A stretch of 64,000 nt of DNA from Octopus sinensis (GCF_006345805.1 NC_043000.1:35340001-35404000); one strand, 5' to 3'; positions 1 through 12,879 are shown, numbered from the stretch's first letter. Program-made: numbers and translations. Notes: generated by a model not told the origin, from the letters alone.

Positions 1-9
1 GAGACCAAG
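1..9 (+). CDS. Probable 3' end of an upstream coding exon of the host gene
   Basis: GAGACCAAG|GTAAGC donor at 10-15. A phase-2 join to exon 3272 gives ...RPRNLSMK. Only 9 nt are visible. Confidence 0.4.
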
Positions 10-867
10 GTAAGCATATAGTAACATTTGCGTTTTCCTAGGAAGTGGGGCATATAGCGATAGGAGGGTGTGTGTATATCTGTATGTAATGGGTGTGTAT
101 GTGCATGTGTGTGTAATATATACATACTGACATGTGTATTTCCTATTGGGTCCAGCTAAAATCTTTTGTCATTATGATGCTAAAAATACCACAAATAAAA
201 CACTTTATAGTGTAATGAATCATACAAACACCTTCACTTGCACGCACACACACACACACAATATAACTTAGTTTCCTAGTTCCAGTTTCAGTTGGCAGTT
301 GATATAAATTTTCTCCTCTGGATGCAAAGGTAATGATGCTGATCACCATCATCATTTTATATCCATCTTTTTTTTTTTTATCCTTCTGGCATAAGTTGGA
401 CATTGTTGCTGTACAAAAAAACTCTGGGCCAGAGAAACCATCCAACTTTATTATGCCTCACGTTGTAGATTGGGTCATTTTCATGTCACCACTGACAATT
501 CTTAGGCTGTGATATGTAGAAAACACTAAAAATTGTCTTTTCTAACCAGTATCACTACTTATTTGAACATACCACCTCGCCTTTCCTAGAGAGGTAGCCT
601 TTGATGGAGTTTGCAGAATCCACATGTTGCATGCATTTTCCATTTCTGGCATGTTGTTTACAAATAGACAAACTTCCTATCAATAACAACAAAGTGCTTT
701 TTGAGACAGTAATATGTTGCTGTAGCATGGTCACAGAGTGACATTGATGTTAATGTCAGAGAGTGGCAAGGTTGGACTACTTTTGTATTCTGATGGAAAT
801 GTCTCTTTATCCGAATGCCATAGAACCAGGATTGATTACTTAGTTTTAATGGTTCTTCACAGATAAT

Positions 868-1110
868 GGAAGTGTGTAGCTTAGTGGTTAGGGTTGTTGG
901 ACTCTTGTTTGTAAGAGCATGGTTTCAATTCCTGGACTGGGTGATGTGTTGTGTTCATGAACAGAACACTTAATTTCATGCTGCTCTACTCCACTCAGCT
1001 GGTAGAAATGAGTAACCACTGCAATGGACTGGTGCCCCATCCAGGTGGAGAATATATTCACCACAGAAACTGGGGAACTGGCCCCTACAAGTATATATGA
1101 CTCAGAAAGG
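868..1110 (+). mobile_element. Degenerate tRNA-derived SINE with CORE-like centre
   Basis: A-box-like GTAGCTTAGTGGTTAG and B-box-like GTTTCAATTCC, then GTGTTCATGAACAGAACACTT. Same family as 37050-37275. Confidence 0.6.
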
Positions 1111-1194
1111 ATCTCCATCCTATTACATCTGCTTCCCACTTTCATGTATACCCTTCTATTTAATTGTGCTCATCAGACGTATGTACACATACAT

Positions 1195-1555
1195 GTGATC
1201 ATTGCCAGGGCCACTGATTGGATCCCATGCCAGTGGCATGTAAAAAGCACCATTTGAGCATGATCGCTGCCAGTGTCACCTTACCGGCACATGTGCCGGT
1301 GGCATGTGAAAAACAATATTCGAGTGTGGTTGTTGCCAGAACCACCTGACTGGCCCTCATGCTGGTGGCACGTAAAAGCATCCACTACACTCTTAGAGTA
1401 GTTGGCATTAGGAAGGGCATCCAGCTGTAGAAACTCTGCCAGATCAGATTGGAGCCTGGTGCAGCCTTCTGGCTCACCAGTCCTCAGTCAAACCGTCCAA
1501 CCCATGCTAGGATGGAAATTGGATATCAACGATAATGATGATGATGATGAAGAAG
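1195..1555 (+). mobile_element. SINE family B (GGAAGGGCATCCAG core, RTE-like tail ending in (GAT)n)
   Basis: Internal ~60-70 bp repeats, TTGGCATTAGGAAGGGCATCCAGCTGTAGAAAC, CAACCCATGCTAG tail and (GAT)n. Many copies in the window. Confidence 0.8.
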
Positions 1556-2732
1556 ACTTGCTCTGGAATGTTTTTCTGCTGGTTGAGAATGATTTTCACC
1601 CGCACCTTCCTGCAATAACCAACAGAGAAATGACCTCGTGGTTCTCATATTCTACTTGATCCTACTTCTTTTTGAAAATGATGACTATATCAGGGCTTCC
1701 CAAAAGTCCTGGGGTACACACTCATTAGAAAGATATTGAGGAGAAACAATAGAGATAATACAAAAGTGCACTTGAGAGGCGTAACTTTGTTAATGCACTA
1801 AGTAGCTTCACTTGCAGCAGATGTCTTCACTGTTGCAGATGAAGAAGAGCAGGCCATGTAGCCCACATGCAAGCCTGCCACAGATGATTACTGAACAAAA
1901 ATAGTCAAACATCGACCTACAATGGACAGACAAAGAAGGAAAATCTATAAGTAAACAGCCATCTATTTTCCCCCTTATTGCCAATATTCAAACGGTGTAC
2001 ACTTGTGATTATTTTCCTGAGTTTACATGACTGACTGAGCACTTCCATTGTCAGAGATAAAATGGTAATGTCTTTTGGAACCTAACTCTCTGCCGCTATC
2101 CTTGGATACCCCAGCACATGCACTGAACTGTGTCCATTGGTTTGCTGCTGTCACAGACTTCAGCACTCAATCTTGTCATTAAATTCTATACATAGCCTTC
2201 ACCCTTAACTCTCAATATCTTCATCCAATCAATGGTATCTCAACATCAGAGGGAGGTCAAGTAGTGGTCACAGTTTCATTGATGCGTGTTATGTTAGAAA
2301 TAATCAATTGAAAAAAAATCTGTCTTAGATCTTTAAAATCAATGATTTTTCTGTAAACTGACTTCTTTAAATCTGATGACTGAACTCATTGCACCAGTGA
2401 TTTCTCTCTCTCCACCCTCAACTATCATGTTGAATGATGTAATATTTACGAGGGGATGGTCTTTATCAGTTAATGCAGGATGGTTGTCAGATATACATAA
2501 ACACATAACCATTGTTTGCCAATCCTCTTCCTCATGCTTGCATGGGTCAGACAACTTTTTGAGGCAGATTTTTTGCATCCTAATGCCTTTTATATCTCCA
2601 AGCCTTGTTTCCAGGCAAGGTAATATTTTTCCCCCGTAGCCACACAAGTTTTTCATGGATGATTTTCATGGAATATTGACACTTGAATGACAACGATGCT
2701 TGTTTACATTCATCATATAATATCAAGTTTGT

Positions 2733-2840
2733 TCAGCCTGGGGCTTTGTAGAAGACACTTGCCCGAGTTGCCCCACAGTGGTACTGAACCTGAGACCACA
2801 TAGTTGAGAAACAAGCTTCTTAACCACACAGCCATGCCTG
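2733..2840 (-). mobile_element. SINE family C, 5' fragment
   Basis: Matches the tRNA-like head and CTTGGGCAAGTGTCTTCT segment of the copy at 11722-12125. Confidence 0.65.
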
Positions 2841-3271
2841 CATCTATTTATCTGTATTTTTCCCCACCCCCGAGAGGCTCCTTCACATTATTCACAAACA
2901 CCAGATCATTTATGTCCCTGTGATCATTTATGTCATTTCAAACCAGAAGCTGTTTCACCCATTGACAATCAATCCAGTTTGTCAGTTATGAAAGATTCAC
3001 TGGAAATAATTAACCCATTCCTTCCAACCAACTGAAACAAAATATTGCTGAATTACTGATAAGAATGTAAACAAATCATAACAAACACACACACACATAC
3101 ACACACACACACAGGGTAAAATGTTTAGATGTACAGAAATACATAGATCAGCCATAAGTAAACAACTGCATGAGTATATTAAATACATACATGCTTCACA
3201 ATTGTTTGTGCATAAATATCATCACTATTATAGACATTTTAATTTCATGCTAACGAATCTTATTTCTACAG

Positions 3272-3347
3272 AAACCTATCCATGAAGAGTTCCAATATCA
3301 ACCAGGATCCTTCATTATTTGGTGATAACTTGAATGCCAGTCTTAGG
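3272..3347 (+). CDS. Internal coding exon of host gene (xNLSMKSSNINQDPSLFGDNLNASLR)
   Basis: tatttctacag acceptor and gtaagt donor at 3348. Only one of three frames is open. It ends in phase 0, matching exon 10538. Confidence 0.75.
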
Positions 3348-3859
3348 GTAAGTTCACTTATTTTTTTATCATTGAACAATTAAGGATTTGGTTTATTTGT
3401 GAAATTATTAATTATATTAATTATTGTATTTTTGAAATTTAATAATCTCTTGCATTGTTTTCTTCTAATTAATATTCACAAAATTTGTCAGACTGCTAAA
3501 AGTCTGTTTACATAAAGGATTGATGTAACATTGTGTTTTAGTGTGAAAAACTGAACTACTTGGCCTTGTCCCAGGGTAAACCTGACTGAAATATCTGGCA
3601 CTGCAATGGGAGCAAATCTGAAATACCCTGCCCTACCCTGTAGTAAACATTCAGTGTATTAATTTTGTTGCAAAATGTCACACAGTTCTTCTCATTGCAT
3701 TCTTCTGTCTCAGGTTACTTTCATACAATAATTGGACATCAACAGTACTTATGTGGTTTTGTGTATGTATATATATGTAAATATGCATACACCTCTCCAA
3801 CATTCTAACATGTTGAAAGTAACCACTATTTTCTTTCTCTCTGTCTCTCATATATATAG

Positions 3860-4147
3860 CGATCACGCTCGAAAGACACCATTAGAGTGTGATTGTTACC
3901 AGCATCGCCTTACTGGCACCTGTGCCTGTGGCATGTGTAAAAGATTCGAGTGAGGTCATTGCCAGTACCGCCTGACTGGCACGTAACAGCACCCACTACA
4001 CTCTCGGAGTGGTTGGCGTTAGGAAGGGCCTCCAGCTGTAGAAACTCTGCCAGATCAAGATTGAAGCCTGGTGCAGCCATCTGGTTCACCAGCCCTCAAT
4101 CATACGTCCAACCCATGCTAGCATGGAAAGCGGACATTAAACGATGA

Positions 4148-4150
<3 letters not shown>
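3860..4150 (+). mobile_element. SINE family B
   Basis: GGTTGGCGTTAGGAAGGGCCTCCAGCTGTAGAAAC ... GCATGGAAAGCGGACATTAAACGATGATGA, followed by (TA)n. Confidence 0.8.
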
Positions 4151-4178
<28 letters not shown>

Positions 4179-4183
<5 letters not shown>

Positions 4184-5430
4184 GTTGGACAAAATAGTGG
4201 AAACACCTTAAAATTTCAAACAAATTTATCTTAATATGGAGTAGGACCGCCTTTGGCAGTAATTACAGCATGAATTCTACGAGGTATGGACTCGTATAAA
4301 GTTTGAATTGTTTCCAAATTTTTTGTCCATTCTTCAGCTAAAACAGTCTCCAGTTCTTGTTGTGATGATGGTGGAGGATATCGACTCCTTACTTGTTTTT
4401 CTAAAATGCGCCATAAATGTTCAATAATATTGAGATCTGAGGACTGTGGTGGCCAGATAAGATTTTCAACTTCACTAGAATGTTCCTTGTGCCATTCAGT
4501 AACAAATTTAGCTGTGTGAATTGGTGCATTATCATCCTGAAAGATTGTGCTTCCCTCCAGAAACAGTTCCACAACCATAGGATGAATTTGATCAGATAAA
4601 ATGCTTAAATAGTCTTGACTATTAATTCTGCCATGAAGGGAAACCATCGGCCCAGTATATTTCAAAGAAATAGACCCCTCCCCTACTCCGATCATCACAG
4701 ATCCTTCTCCATCCTCCATGTTTAATAGTTAGAAGAAGGCAGTTTGGGTAAAATGCTTCTTTTGGCTGTTTCCACATGTATACTCGGCTGGTGGTTGGAA
4801 ATAAGGTAAAGGATGACTCATCCGAGAAAATAACATTCTACCATTGTTCTAGGGACCAATTCTGTAGGTTTTTACTCCACTCTAAATGCTTTGCAACGTA
4901 TGTTTTTGAAAGTGGTGGTTTTCTAATTGCAGCCCTCCCATGAAATTTGGCTTTGTGCAGCTCCCAGCAAACAGTTTTTGTGGAAACTGGGTTCTCAAAG
5001 TAGTCATTAAGCTCTGCAGTAATTTTGTTGATCCTTTCTAACAATTCGCATAAGAGTCTGACAGTCCCTATCTGAAAGTTTTGGTTTTCTTCCAGAGTTT
5101 TGTTTTGACGAGGAGGTTTCCTCTCTTTCTCAAAGGTTGTCATTACTTTTGAGACACCCAAACATTTCAGCTGTTTCCTTTATACTAGCACCTGCCATAC
5201 AAGCACTAACAATTTGACCTCTTTGAAAGTCTGATAGATCTATCATTTTAATGAATTTTAGTTACCTTTTTCTGATGATATCTGAAAAGAAACAGCAATT
5301 TTAACAAAACATATTAAGCAGCGCTAATAACAGGTAAAAAAAAAACATAGAAATAAACAAGCTTTTGATGGTTTGATAGATATTTCAAAATTATGATGCT
5401 AAGTGTTTCCATTATTTAGTCCAACCCTTG
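4179..5430 (-). mobile_element. Tc1-family DNA transposon, complete ends, disrupted transposase
   Basis: Imperfect TIRs TAGGGGTTGGACAAAATAGTGGAAACAC and reverse-complement CAAGGGTTGGACTAAATAATGGAAACAC, with TA flanks. ORF 4231..4719 has QDDNAPIH and WPPQSSDLNIIEHLW. ORF 4838..5161 has the HTH-region GRAAIRKPPLS. Confidence 0.92.
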
Positions 5431-5435
5431 TATAT

Positions 5436-5623
5436 ATAATTATTAAAATTATAAATTAGGGTATCTATGAGATACCACCATGCTGAAAATAGCAGCCATG
5501 ATCTGACTCTAAAACCACCTTAATTGTCCATATAATTAAGGTGGTTTTAGAGTTAGATCATGGTTGCTATTTTCAGCATGGTGGTATCTCGTAGATACCC
5601 TAATTTATAATTTTAATAATTAT
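5436..5623. repeat. Near-perfect foldback: 90-bp arms, 8-nt loop
   Basis: 5436-5525 is the reverse complement of 5534-5623 with 3 mismatches. Confidence 0.95.
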
Positions 5624-5877
5624 TACCTTTGAAGGTTAATTTTTCTATGCTGACCACTTGATAAAATCGTTATTTTATTTTTAAATTAACGATCTTATCC
5701 TTATTTATATATATATTGCATCAGTGAATCATATACCCAAAAGAGAAGCACACTCTAAAAGTTAGAGCCGTAATGTATTTATAGAGCGTTATGTGGTTGG
5801 TCTTAGAGTGACCAATGGTTTTGCATCCATAAAGTGTTTAGCCTTATTGGTGACCCATCAGACCCAAAATGGCAGCA

Positions 5878-6596
5878 GACATGCAACCTCTCTTCAAACT
5901 GGAGATAGAAAACTGTTACAGTCAGTTAATTTGTAAGCAAAAAAAAAAAAAATTATATATTGTCTGAACTTTAAACGAGACAGGTCATTAAATGGAGAAT
6001 TCCATACCTGCAGCTGGTATCAGTGCTCAGGTTTGGAGATTCATTAGTTTGGCTGGAACTGCCTCTAAGTGATGTCTGTACAACAATGTGTCCTCTTTTA
6101 GAAACATAATATCCAGAAAGATGTTATGTCACATCCTTGGCCAGCCATGTTTCATGCCTTAAAAATGTAAGAACTTGATACGAAATTAAATTGAAGGCTC
6201 ATAGAGAAACCGGGGTCCTATTTAAGAAGGAGTGGACAATGCAAGCTTTGCATAGCAGAGTGGGCAATGATCCTTAAAGACCTGCTTGACCTGGCAACCC
6301 TTTTAGACTCCTGAAATGAAATCCATAGTCCTTGTCTGCATTTTAAATGCTACTTGCTGCAGGTGTGGGATTCTCCATTCATTGATTAGGGTTATAAAAA
6401 ATAATTGCGGATGGGAACCAACCTAAGGGCAGAGATTCCCCATTCATCAGTTAGGACCATAAATATTTGCTGACTAGATCGATCTGAGGGCAACCGATCC
6501 CATTTAGGACTCAGACAATATATAATATTTTTTTGTTTACAAATTAACTGACTGTAACGGTTTTCTATCTCCAGTTTGAAGAGCAGCTATATGTCC
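5878..6596. repeat. Inverted repeat pair (~85-bp arms, ~540-bp spacer), MITE-like
   Basis: TCTTCAAACTGGAGATAGAAAACTGTTACAGTCAGTTAATTTGTAA (5891-5936) vs its reverse complement at about 6537-6582, extending inward to TTGTCTGA/TCAGACAA. Confidence 0.85.
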
Positions 6597-7032
6597 ACAG
6601 CTTTTGTTAAGTAATTTGTAAGACTAAAAAGAACAGGAAAAAGAAAAATGCCTTGTCGACTAAACGGATGGTGGGAGTATCTGAGAAGACAAGAGTGTTC
6701 TATGCCAGGATTTGGGAGGTTAATTTGTGTGTCTCTATCTTACCCAGGGTGTACTATATGGACTTTCTGCCTACACCTTTCCTACATATTAAGCTGAGAC
6801 ATTTACCCAAAGGGTGTAGAGTCTTGATTTACTTTCATGCTTACTAGAACTTTGCACTTTTCTAAATTAACTTGAGGCCCTTTGAGTCACCTTACTGACA
6901 ATACCTCTGTTCATAGCTTGGGAGAGTCATGCAAGCCATTCATCTTTTAAAAATTAATTGTGGGGAACAAGTTGAATACATTGGTAGATGTTAGTTCTTT
7001 GCAGTGATATATCTATCTGTCTGCCTACCTGC

Positions 7033-7330
7033 TTACTCATAGAGATATCATCCTCATCATTTAATGTCCAGCTTCCATGCTGGCACAGGCAGGGATGGGG
7101 TGACCAGAGATGGCAAGCCAGAAGACTGCACCAAGATCCACTGTCTATTTTGGCATGGTTTTTATGGTTGGATGCCCTTCTTAATACTAACCACTTTACT
7201 GAGTGAACTGATTGACTTTTATGTAGCACCAGCAAGGTCGGTTTTGGCATGGTTTTTACAGGTGGATGCCCTTCCTAATGCCAACCACTTTACAGAATGG
7301 CCTGGGTGCTTTTAACATGGCACCAGCATC
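7033..7330 (-). mobile_element. SINE family B, with internal duplication of the core
   Basis: TCATCATTTAATGTCCAGCTTCCATGCTGGC tail and two GGATGCCCTTC..AA..C.AACCAC cores. Confidence 0.75.
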
Positions 7331-7569
7331 ATTTCATTTTATATTCGTTTTTTCCCCTGCTAGCATTGGTTGGACAGGTCATAATTTTTTGGGTCAGTTC
7401 TTAATTTTAGGTCCAAAGGGTCCCTTTAAAGGGTCTTTCAATGATTTTGCTGTTGCACTGAAGTCCTTACTGAGCATTGAGTGCAGTTTATCACAGCACC
7501 AGCACTGATGAAGTTGCTTTGTCTCCCCCTCTACTCTGACTTCATTTGTCCAGGTCTGTGTGACCTGTA

Positions 7570-7790
7570 GAGGCAGGGTAGAAGAGAGGATGATAGCAAA
7601 AGATGAAGGAGAAGAGAGGATAAGATGGAAATAGAGTGAATAGGGTAATAGTGGGAGGAAGTTGGTGCAGAAATAGGAGAGAGGGGAGTAATGGGGAGAG
7701 AAAATACTAGAAGGATATAGAGATACAGTATTGGCAGCTCCTTGTTTGTAGGTTAGAGAGAAGATGAAGGAGAGAAACAGAAAGAGAGAG
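7570..7790. repeat. GA-rich polypurine low-complexity tract
   Basis: Very few pyrimidines on the + strand. Confidence 0.7.
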
Positions 7791-7866
7791 AGCACCCACT
7801 ACACACTCGGAATGGTTGATGCTAGGAAGGGCATCCAGCTGTAGAAACTTTGCCAGACCAGTTTGA

Positions 7867-8400
7867 CTGAGGACTGGTGAGCCAGAGGCTGCACCAGGCT
7901 CAAACTGGTCTGGCAAAGTTCCTTCAGCTGGATGCCCTTCCTAGCACCAACCATTCTGAGAGTGTAGTGGGTGCTTTTTACATGCCACCGGCACAAGGGC
8001 CAGTCAGGCAGTTCTGGCACCGACCACGCTCACAGGGTGTTTTTACATGCTACCTGCACGGGAGCCAGTCTGGTGGCACTGGCAATGACCATACTTGAAT
8101 GTTGTTTTTCACATACCACCAGCACAGGAGCCAATCTGTGGCACTGGCAATGATCACACTTGGATGTGCTTATAACGTTCCACTGGCATGAGTGCCAATC
8201 AGGCGGTACTGTCATCGGCCATGTCAGCGATTTTGATTTGTTTACACTTGCCTCAATAGGTCTTCGCAAGCAAAGTTCATTGTCCAATGAATGAGGGGTA
8301 TTCATAAATGGGCCGGTTACACCCACTGGCATAGGCCATGGGCTATGGTCTCACTTGGCTTGTCGGGTCATCTCAAGTACATATATATATATATATATAT
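7867..8400 (-). mobile_element. SINE family B, long copy whose tail is replaced by a local foldback (7792-7866)
   Basis: Family core and internal repeats. 7792-7866 is the reverse complement of 7900-7974. Confidence 0.8.
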
Positions 8401-9290
8401 ATATTAACTTTGTGAGATTCAACATCTTGAGATCATTCTTCACCATTTTTCCTTACTCTCCTTCTTCCACAGGTTCCATTCTTTTTGAGTTCTTAACTCT
8501 TCATTTTATGGCTGTCATCTTCCATTTGTGTCGCATTCCCATACCACAACACACTGCATGTAACTCCTTTTCTATTCAATCCATTGATCAGACACATTAA
8601 CATCGCACATCCAATGAACTATGCTCACTTCATTTCTTTCTCATATACATGTGTATGCGTGTGTGTGTGTGTGTGTATACATGTCTGTACACATATATGT
8701 CAGTGGATGAGTATCTAACATTTGAAATCATAATGCAGTGATTACATTTCCCTGCACATATATCTGTACGAATCTTTGATTTTATGTCAAGTTGTGATAA
8801 AAACAACTTTACATTAAGCTGAAGTATTACTCAATGCATTTTTTGTGGAGATGCACTTTTATAGCAAAGGTTTTGATCTGAGATTGTGTGTTAAAGCGAA
8901 ATCAATCCCAGTATGGAAGACTTAAAGTTAACCATTCACAAACACTCAAAGACCATTAATTTTACTTAAACATTGTTTGTAATAAAGTGCCAACATTTTC
9001 ATTGCTCAAAACTTTGAGTTGGTCACTGCAGCACAATCTTTGTCAGTGACCAGGTTACAGTTTTGAGTAACATAAATTTTGACACCATTTTACAAAGAAT
9101 TCTTCCACACTGCTATGCTTTGTATTTAGCAAGAATTGTGTTGAGCCTTTGCTGTGAAAGTTGCAAATAACCACAAGAGTAAAAGATGTGTAGGGAACAG
9201 AGGATGTTCATAACTTGTCCCACGTTTGCTCTGTATATCATGACCAGTAATGCTACAAAGTAAAGTAGTGAGACCACATGAAATCCACTC

Positions 9291-9688
9291 TTTTCTACTC
9301 TAAGGCACAAGGCCCGAAATTTTTGGGGAGGGGGCCAGTTGATTAGATCGACCCCACTACGTAGCTGGTACTTAATTTATCAACTCTGAAAGGATGAACT
9401 ACAAAGTCGACCTCGGCGGAATTTGAACCTAGAATGTAAAGACAGATGAAATACCTATTTCTTTACTACCCACAAGGGGCTAAACACAGAGAGGACAAAC
9501 AAGGACAGACAAACAGATTAAGTCGATTATATCGACTCCAGTGCATAACTGGTACTTAATTTATCGACCCCGAAAGGATGAAAGGCAAAGTCGACCTCGG
9601 CGGAATTTGAACTCAGAACGTATGGCAGACGAAATACTGCTAGGCATTTTACCCGGCATGCTAGCGATTCTGCCAGCTCACCGCCTTA
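9291..9688 (-). mobile_element. SINE family A (tRNA-derived), dimeric
   Basis: Reverse complement reads AGGCGGTGAGCTGGCAGAATCGCTAGC (A box), GAGTTCAAATTCC (B box), core CTTTCATCCTTTCGGGGTCGATAAATTAAGTACC twice, and two different tails. Confidence 0.88.
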
Positions 9689-10537
9689 CCACACTAATCT
9701 ACTGGAAGCAGACTGGGTGATGATCTACTTAGTAGATCTTACCGGTAGCAGTCGCACATATAACTCTACATACAAGGTATATATGTGTGTGTGTGTGTGT
9801 GTGCATGCGCATAATCCATATCTTTCATCTGAAGCTGCACTACATCACTACTCAGAGTTTCTCATTATTTGCACCCCCCGTTGAGAATCTGTTAAATGGA
9901 GGAATTTCTTCATTGGGAAGTTTTGGTCAGGTGAGTTACATGGAACTGGATAGTGGCTGATATAAATTCTTTAGAAATTGTCAGTTTGCCACATGTTCCG
10001 TGTGTCGGTGGGAGAAACCAATGATTATTATTGTGCTAACTAGAAAAGAATCACTGAGTTTGCCAGGTATTTTTAGCCAATAATCTGTACAGGTAATGGT
10101 TAAGAATAGTACATCTGGTCTGCATTTGGAATTTTCTCAAGAATTTTCTTCCTCTATCTGCAAACAGACACTATGTCAAATGTTGTGTTCAATATATCGA
10201 ATTGTTGAGACAAGATACTTCTCTTTCCAGCATAAAAGGCATCACTTTGATTCATTCAAAAATATTTCAGTTTAAAGCCAAAAGAGGCTCGAAAAAACCT
10301 TTTAAGTAAATGCTTGTACTCGTTATTCTATCCATTAATTAGCTGCATGTGTTTCCATTTAAACAATGAATCAAGGAAATACATATAGTGGGAGAAAGTA
10401 TGAAACTGTTGCTGTTAATGATAGAATGTTGGGCAAGTCTCTCCATGAACAAGGTAAACATTACAGGATGAATGAAAAGCTGAGTGAAAGAAATGAACGA
10501 ATATTTTAATATAAACAAATGTGTTTTCTCATTGTAG

Positions 10538-10671
10538 GCTGCACTTGGTGAGAACAACCTCTCTTTAATTGCAAATGGTCAACTCTCTGCTGGAGGGGTA
10601 GATGGTGTGGAAGATTTATCAATGAAATCCCAGGGAAGCCATTTGGGAAATCTTAACACAGAATCTATCAG
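10538..10671 (+). CDS. Internal coding exon of host gene (AALGENNLSLIANGQLSAGGVDGVEDLSMKSQGSHLGNLNTESI-)
   Basis: ttttctcattgtag acceptor and gtaagt donor at 10672. 134 nt, phase 0 in and phase 2 out, matching both neighbours. Confidence 0.8.
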
Positions 10672-10949
10672 GTAAGTCAGCTCAAACAAGGAGAATTTAT
10701 GGTAATTGTTCAAATGTCGAATTAATTCTTCATGTTCGTTTTCTGCACAATTTTATGTAACATTAAGCAACACACATCCATACACACACACATGCATAAA
10801 CACACACTCGCATATACATAAACACCCCCCCCCACACACACACACACTCACACACACACCATCTTAAATTTGCATTTTCCATGATCGCATGGGTTGGATG
10901 GTTTGACAGGATCTGATGGATCCGAGGACCACATTGTTCCCCAGGTCCA

Positions 10950-11150
10950 TCATCATTTAGTGTCTGTTTTCCATGCTGGCATGGGTTGGATGGTTCAACA
11001 GGAGTTGGAAAGCTGCACATGGTTCCAGTTTGATTTGGCATGGTTTCTATGGCTGGATGCCCTTCCAAATGCCAACCACTCCAGGAGTGTAATGGGTGCC
11101 TTTAATGTGTCACCAGCACCAGTCACAACTATGATTTACCTGATGAGTTT
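10950..11150 (-). mobile_element. SINE family B
   Basis: CATCATTTAGTGTCTGTTTTCCATGCTGGCATGGGTTGGA tail and GGATGCCCTTCC core. Confidence 0.75.
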
Positions 11151-11667
11151 TTCCAAGCACAGAAAGTTGCCAAAGGCCACATTTACTTGTCATTGCCTCT
11201 GTGAGACCCAAATTTCGAAGATTGTGGTTCACCACCTTGTCTTGTGTTTTCCTGGGTTTACTTCTTTATCTCATATCTAAACACATTCATATAAATGCAT
11301 GTATCTGTCTGTGTGTGCAGCATGTGTATATATATATATGATTTAAAAATAGGATAAAATCTTTATAAGAATTTATCAAGTAGTTAGCGTGAAAAACCTC
11401 ATAAGAGAAAAAAACCAATTTTTTTTCTTTTAAATTTATTTATTTATATTATATAGAGGGCACTTTTACACATAGATGCCTCATGCTAGAAGGGACTCAA
11501 ATTTAGTAGTTTTAACTTTAAGAGTCCCTCCTAGCATGAGCCATCTATGTGTAATAGTGCCCTCTATATAATATATTTATATATTTACCCATTATTAATT
11601 TTCTCATAAAAAGTTTTAGGTTTTGTTTAATGGGACTTTACAGATTATTATTTTGACAATATTTCAC

Positions 11668-11917
11668 AGGCATTTAAGCACGCCGGGCAAAATGCTTTGC
11701 GGTATTTTGTCTATACTCTTTTCTCTTTTACTTGTTTCAGTCATTTGACTGTGGCCATGCTGGAGCACCGCCTTTAGTCGATCAAATCAACCCCGGGACT
11801 TATTCTTTTTGTAAGCCCAGTACTTATTCAATCGGTCTCTTTTGCCGAACCGCTAAGTGACGGGGACGTAAACACACCAGCATCGGTTGTCAAGCAATGC
11901 TAGGGGAACAAACACAG

Positions 11918-11962
<45 letters not shown>

Positions 11963-12297
11963 TACGACAGGCTTCTTTCAGTTTCCGTCTACCAAATCCA
12001 CTCACAAGGCATTGGTCGGCCCAGGGCTATAGCAGAAGACACTTGCCCAAGATGCCACGCAGTGGGACTGAACCCGCAACCATGTGGTTGGTTAGCAAGC
12101 TACTTACCACACAGCCACTCCTGCGTCTATATAAAAGAAAAGTTAGCTTTACATTCTGAGTTCAAATTCCGCCAAAGTCAACTTTGTCTTTCATCCTTTC
12201 GCGGTTGATAAATTAAGTACCAGTTTCATACTGGGGTCAATCTAATTGACTGGCCCCCTTCCCAAAATTTTGGGCCTTGTGCCTAGAGTAGAAAAAA
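11668..12297 (+). mobile_element. SINE family A interrupted by a family C insertion
   Basis: Head at 11668-11715; remainder (GAGTTCAAATTCC...GTGCCTAGAGTAGAAAA) at about 12150-12297. Confidence 0.75.
11722..12125 (-). mobile_element. SINE family C (tRNA head, CORE-like segment, internal (GT)n/(TA)n)
   Basis: Reverse complement GCAGGAGTGGCTGTGTGGTAAG...GGGTTCAGTCCC...CTTGGGCAAGTGTCTTCT, tail GACTGAAACAAGTAAAAGA. Short GTCTATA repeat on both sides. Confidence 0.85.
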
Positions 12298-12879
12298 TAT
12301 TTTACAGGCATTTAGAATTCAAAATGGCCAAATTGTCTATGACATCTCGAGATGCTTTGGATCAGTTGAGAAATATCTAATTCCTGTTTGTCTTTTACCT
12401 TGCCGGTTCCTGTCAAACCACCCAACCCATATCAGCATGGAAAATGGGTTTTAAATGATGATGTTACACTGTATGTATATATGTTACTATATAAATTTCA
12501 TTTTGGTTTTAACCTTTCAGTTTATTGTATTAAGTTTATCTACAGGTCCAGGCTGTCAGAATGACAGCAACCTGGAAATTGTTTTATCCCTCACATGCCT
12601 GAAAATCCAGACATCTGCAGAGTTTTTTTTTTTATTACAATGAAAGGGAGTGGAGTAAGCAAGTCCTTCTATAAAAGTACATTACAAACATTACCCCTTC
12701 TTTAGACAAAGGGTAGTATATATATATGGAGAGTTAGCCTGCAAGTTTTAGAAGGTTATGTCGGAAACTAAATGCAACATTAAAGTAGAAAAACCAGAAA
12801 AGGCCATCAGAACACAGTTATGTAAGACTTACCCTTTTGGACAAGACCAGCTCTACTGACAGGGACCGCATTGTGTGTA

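Noticed and set aside
2000-2656. 105-aa ORF or LINE remnant
   Set aside because: Only a faint RTE-like hint (MIVEG...); too decayed to call.
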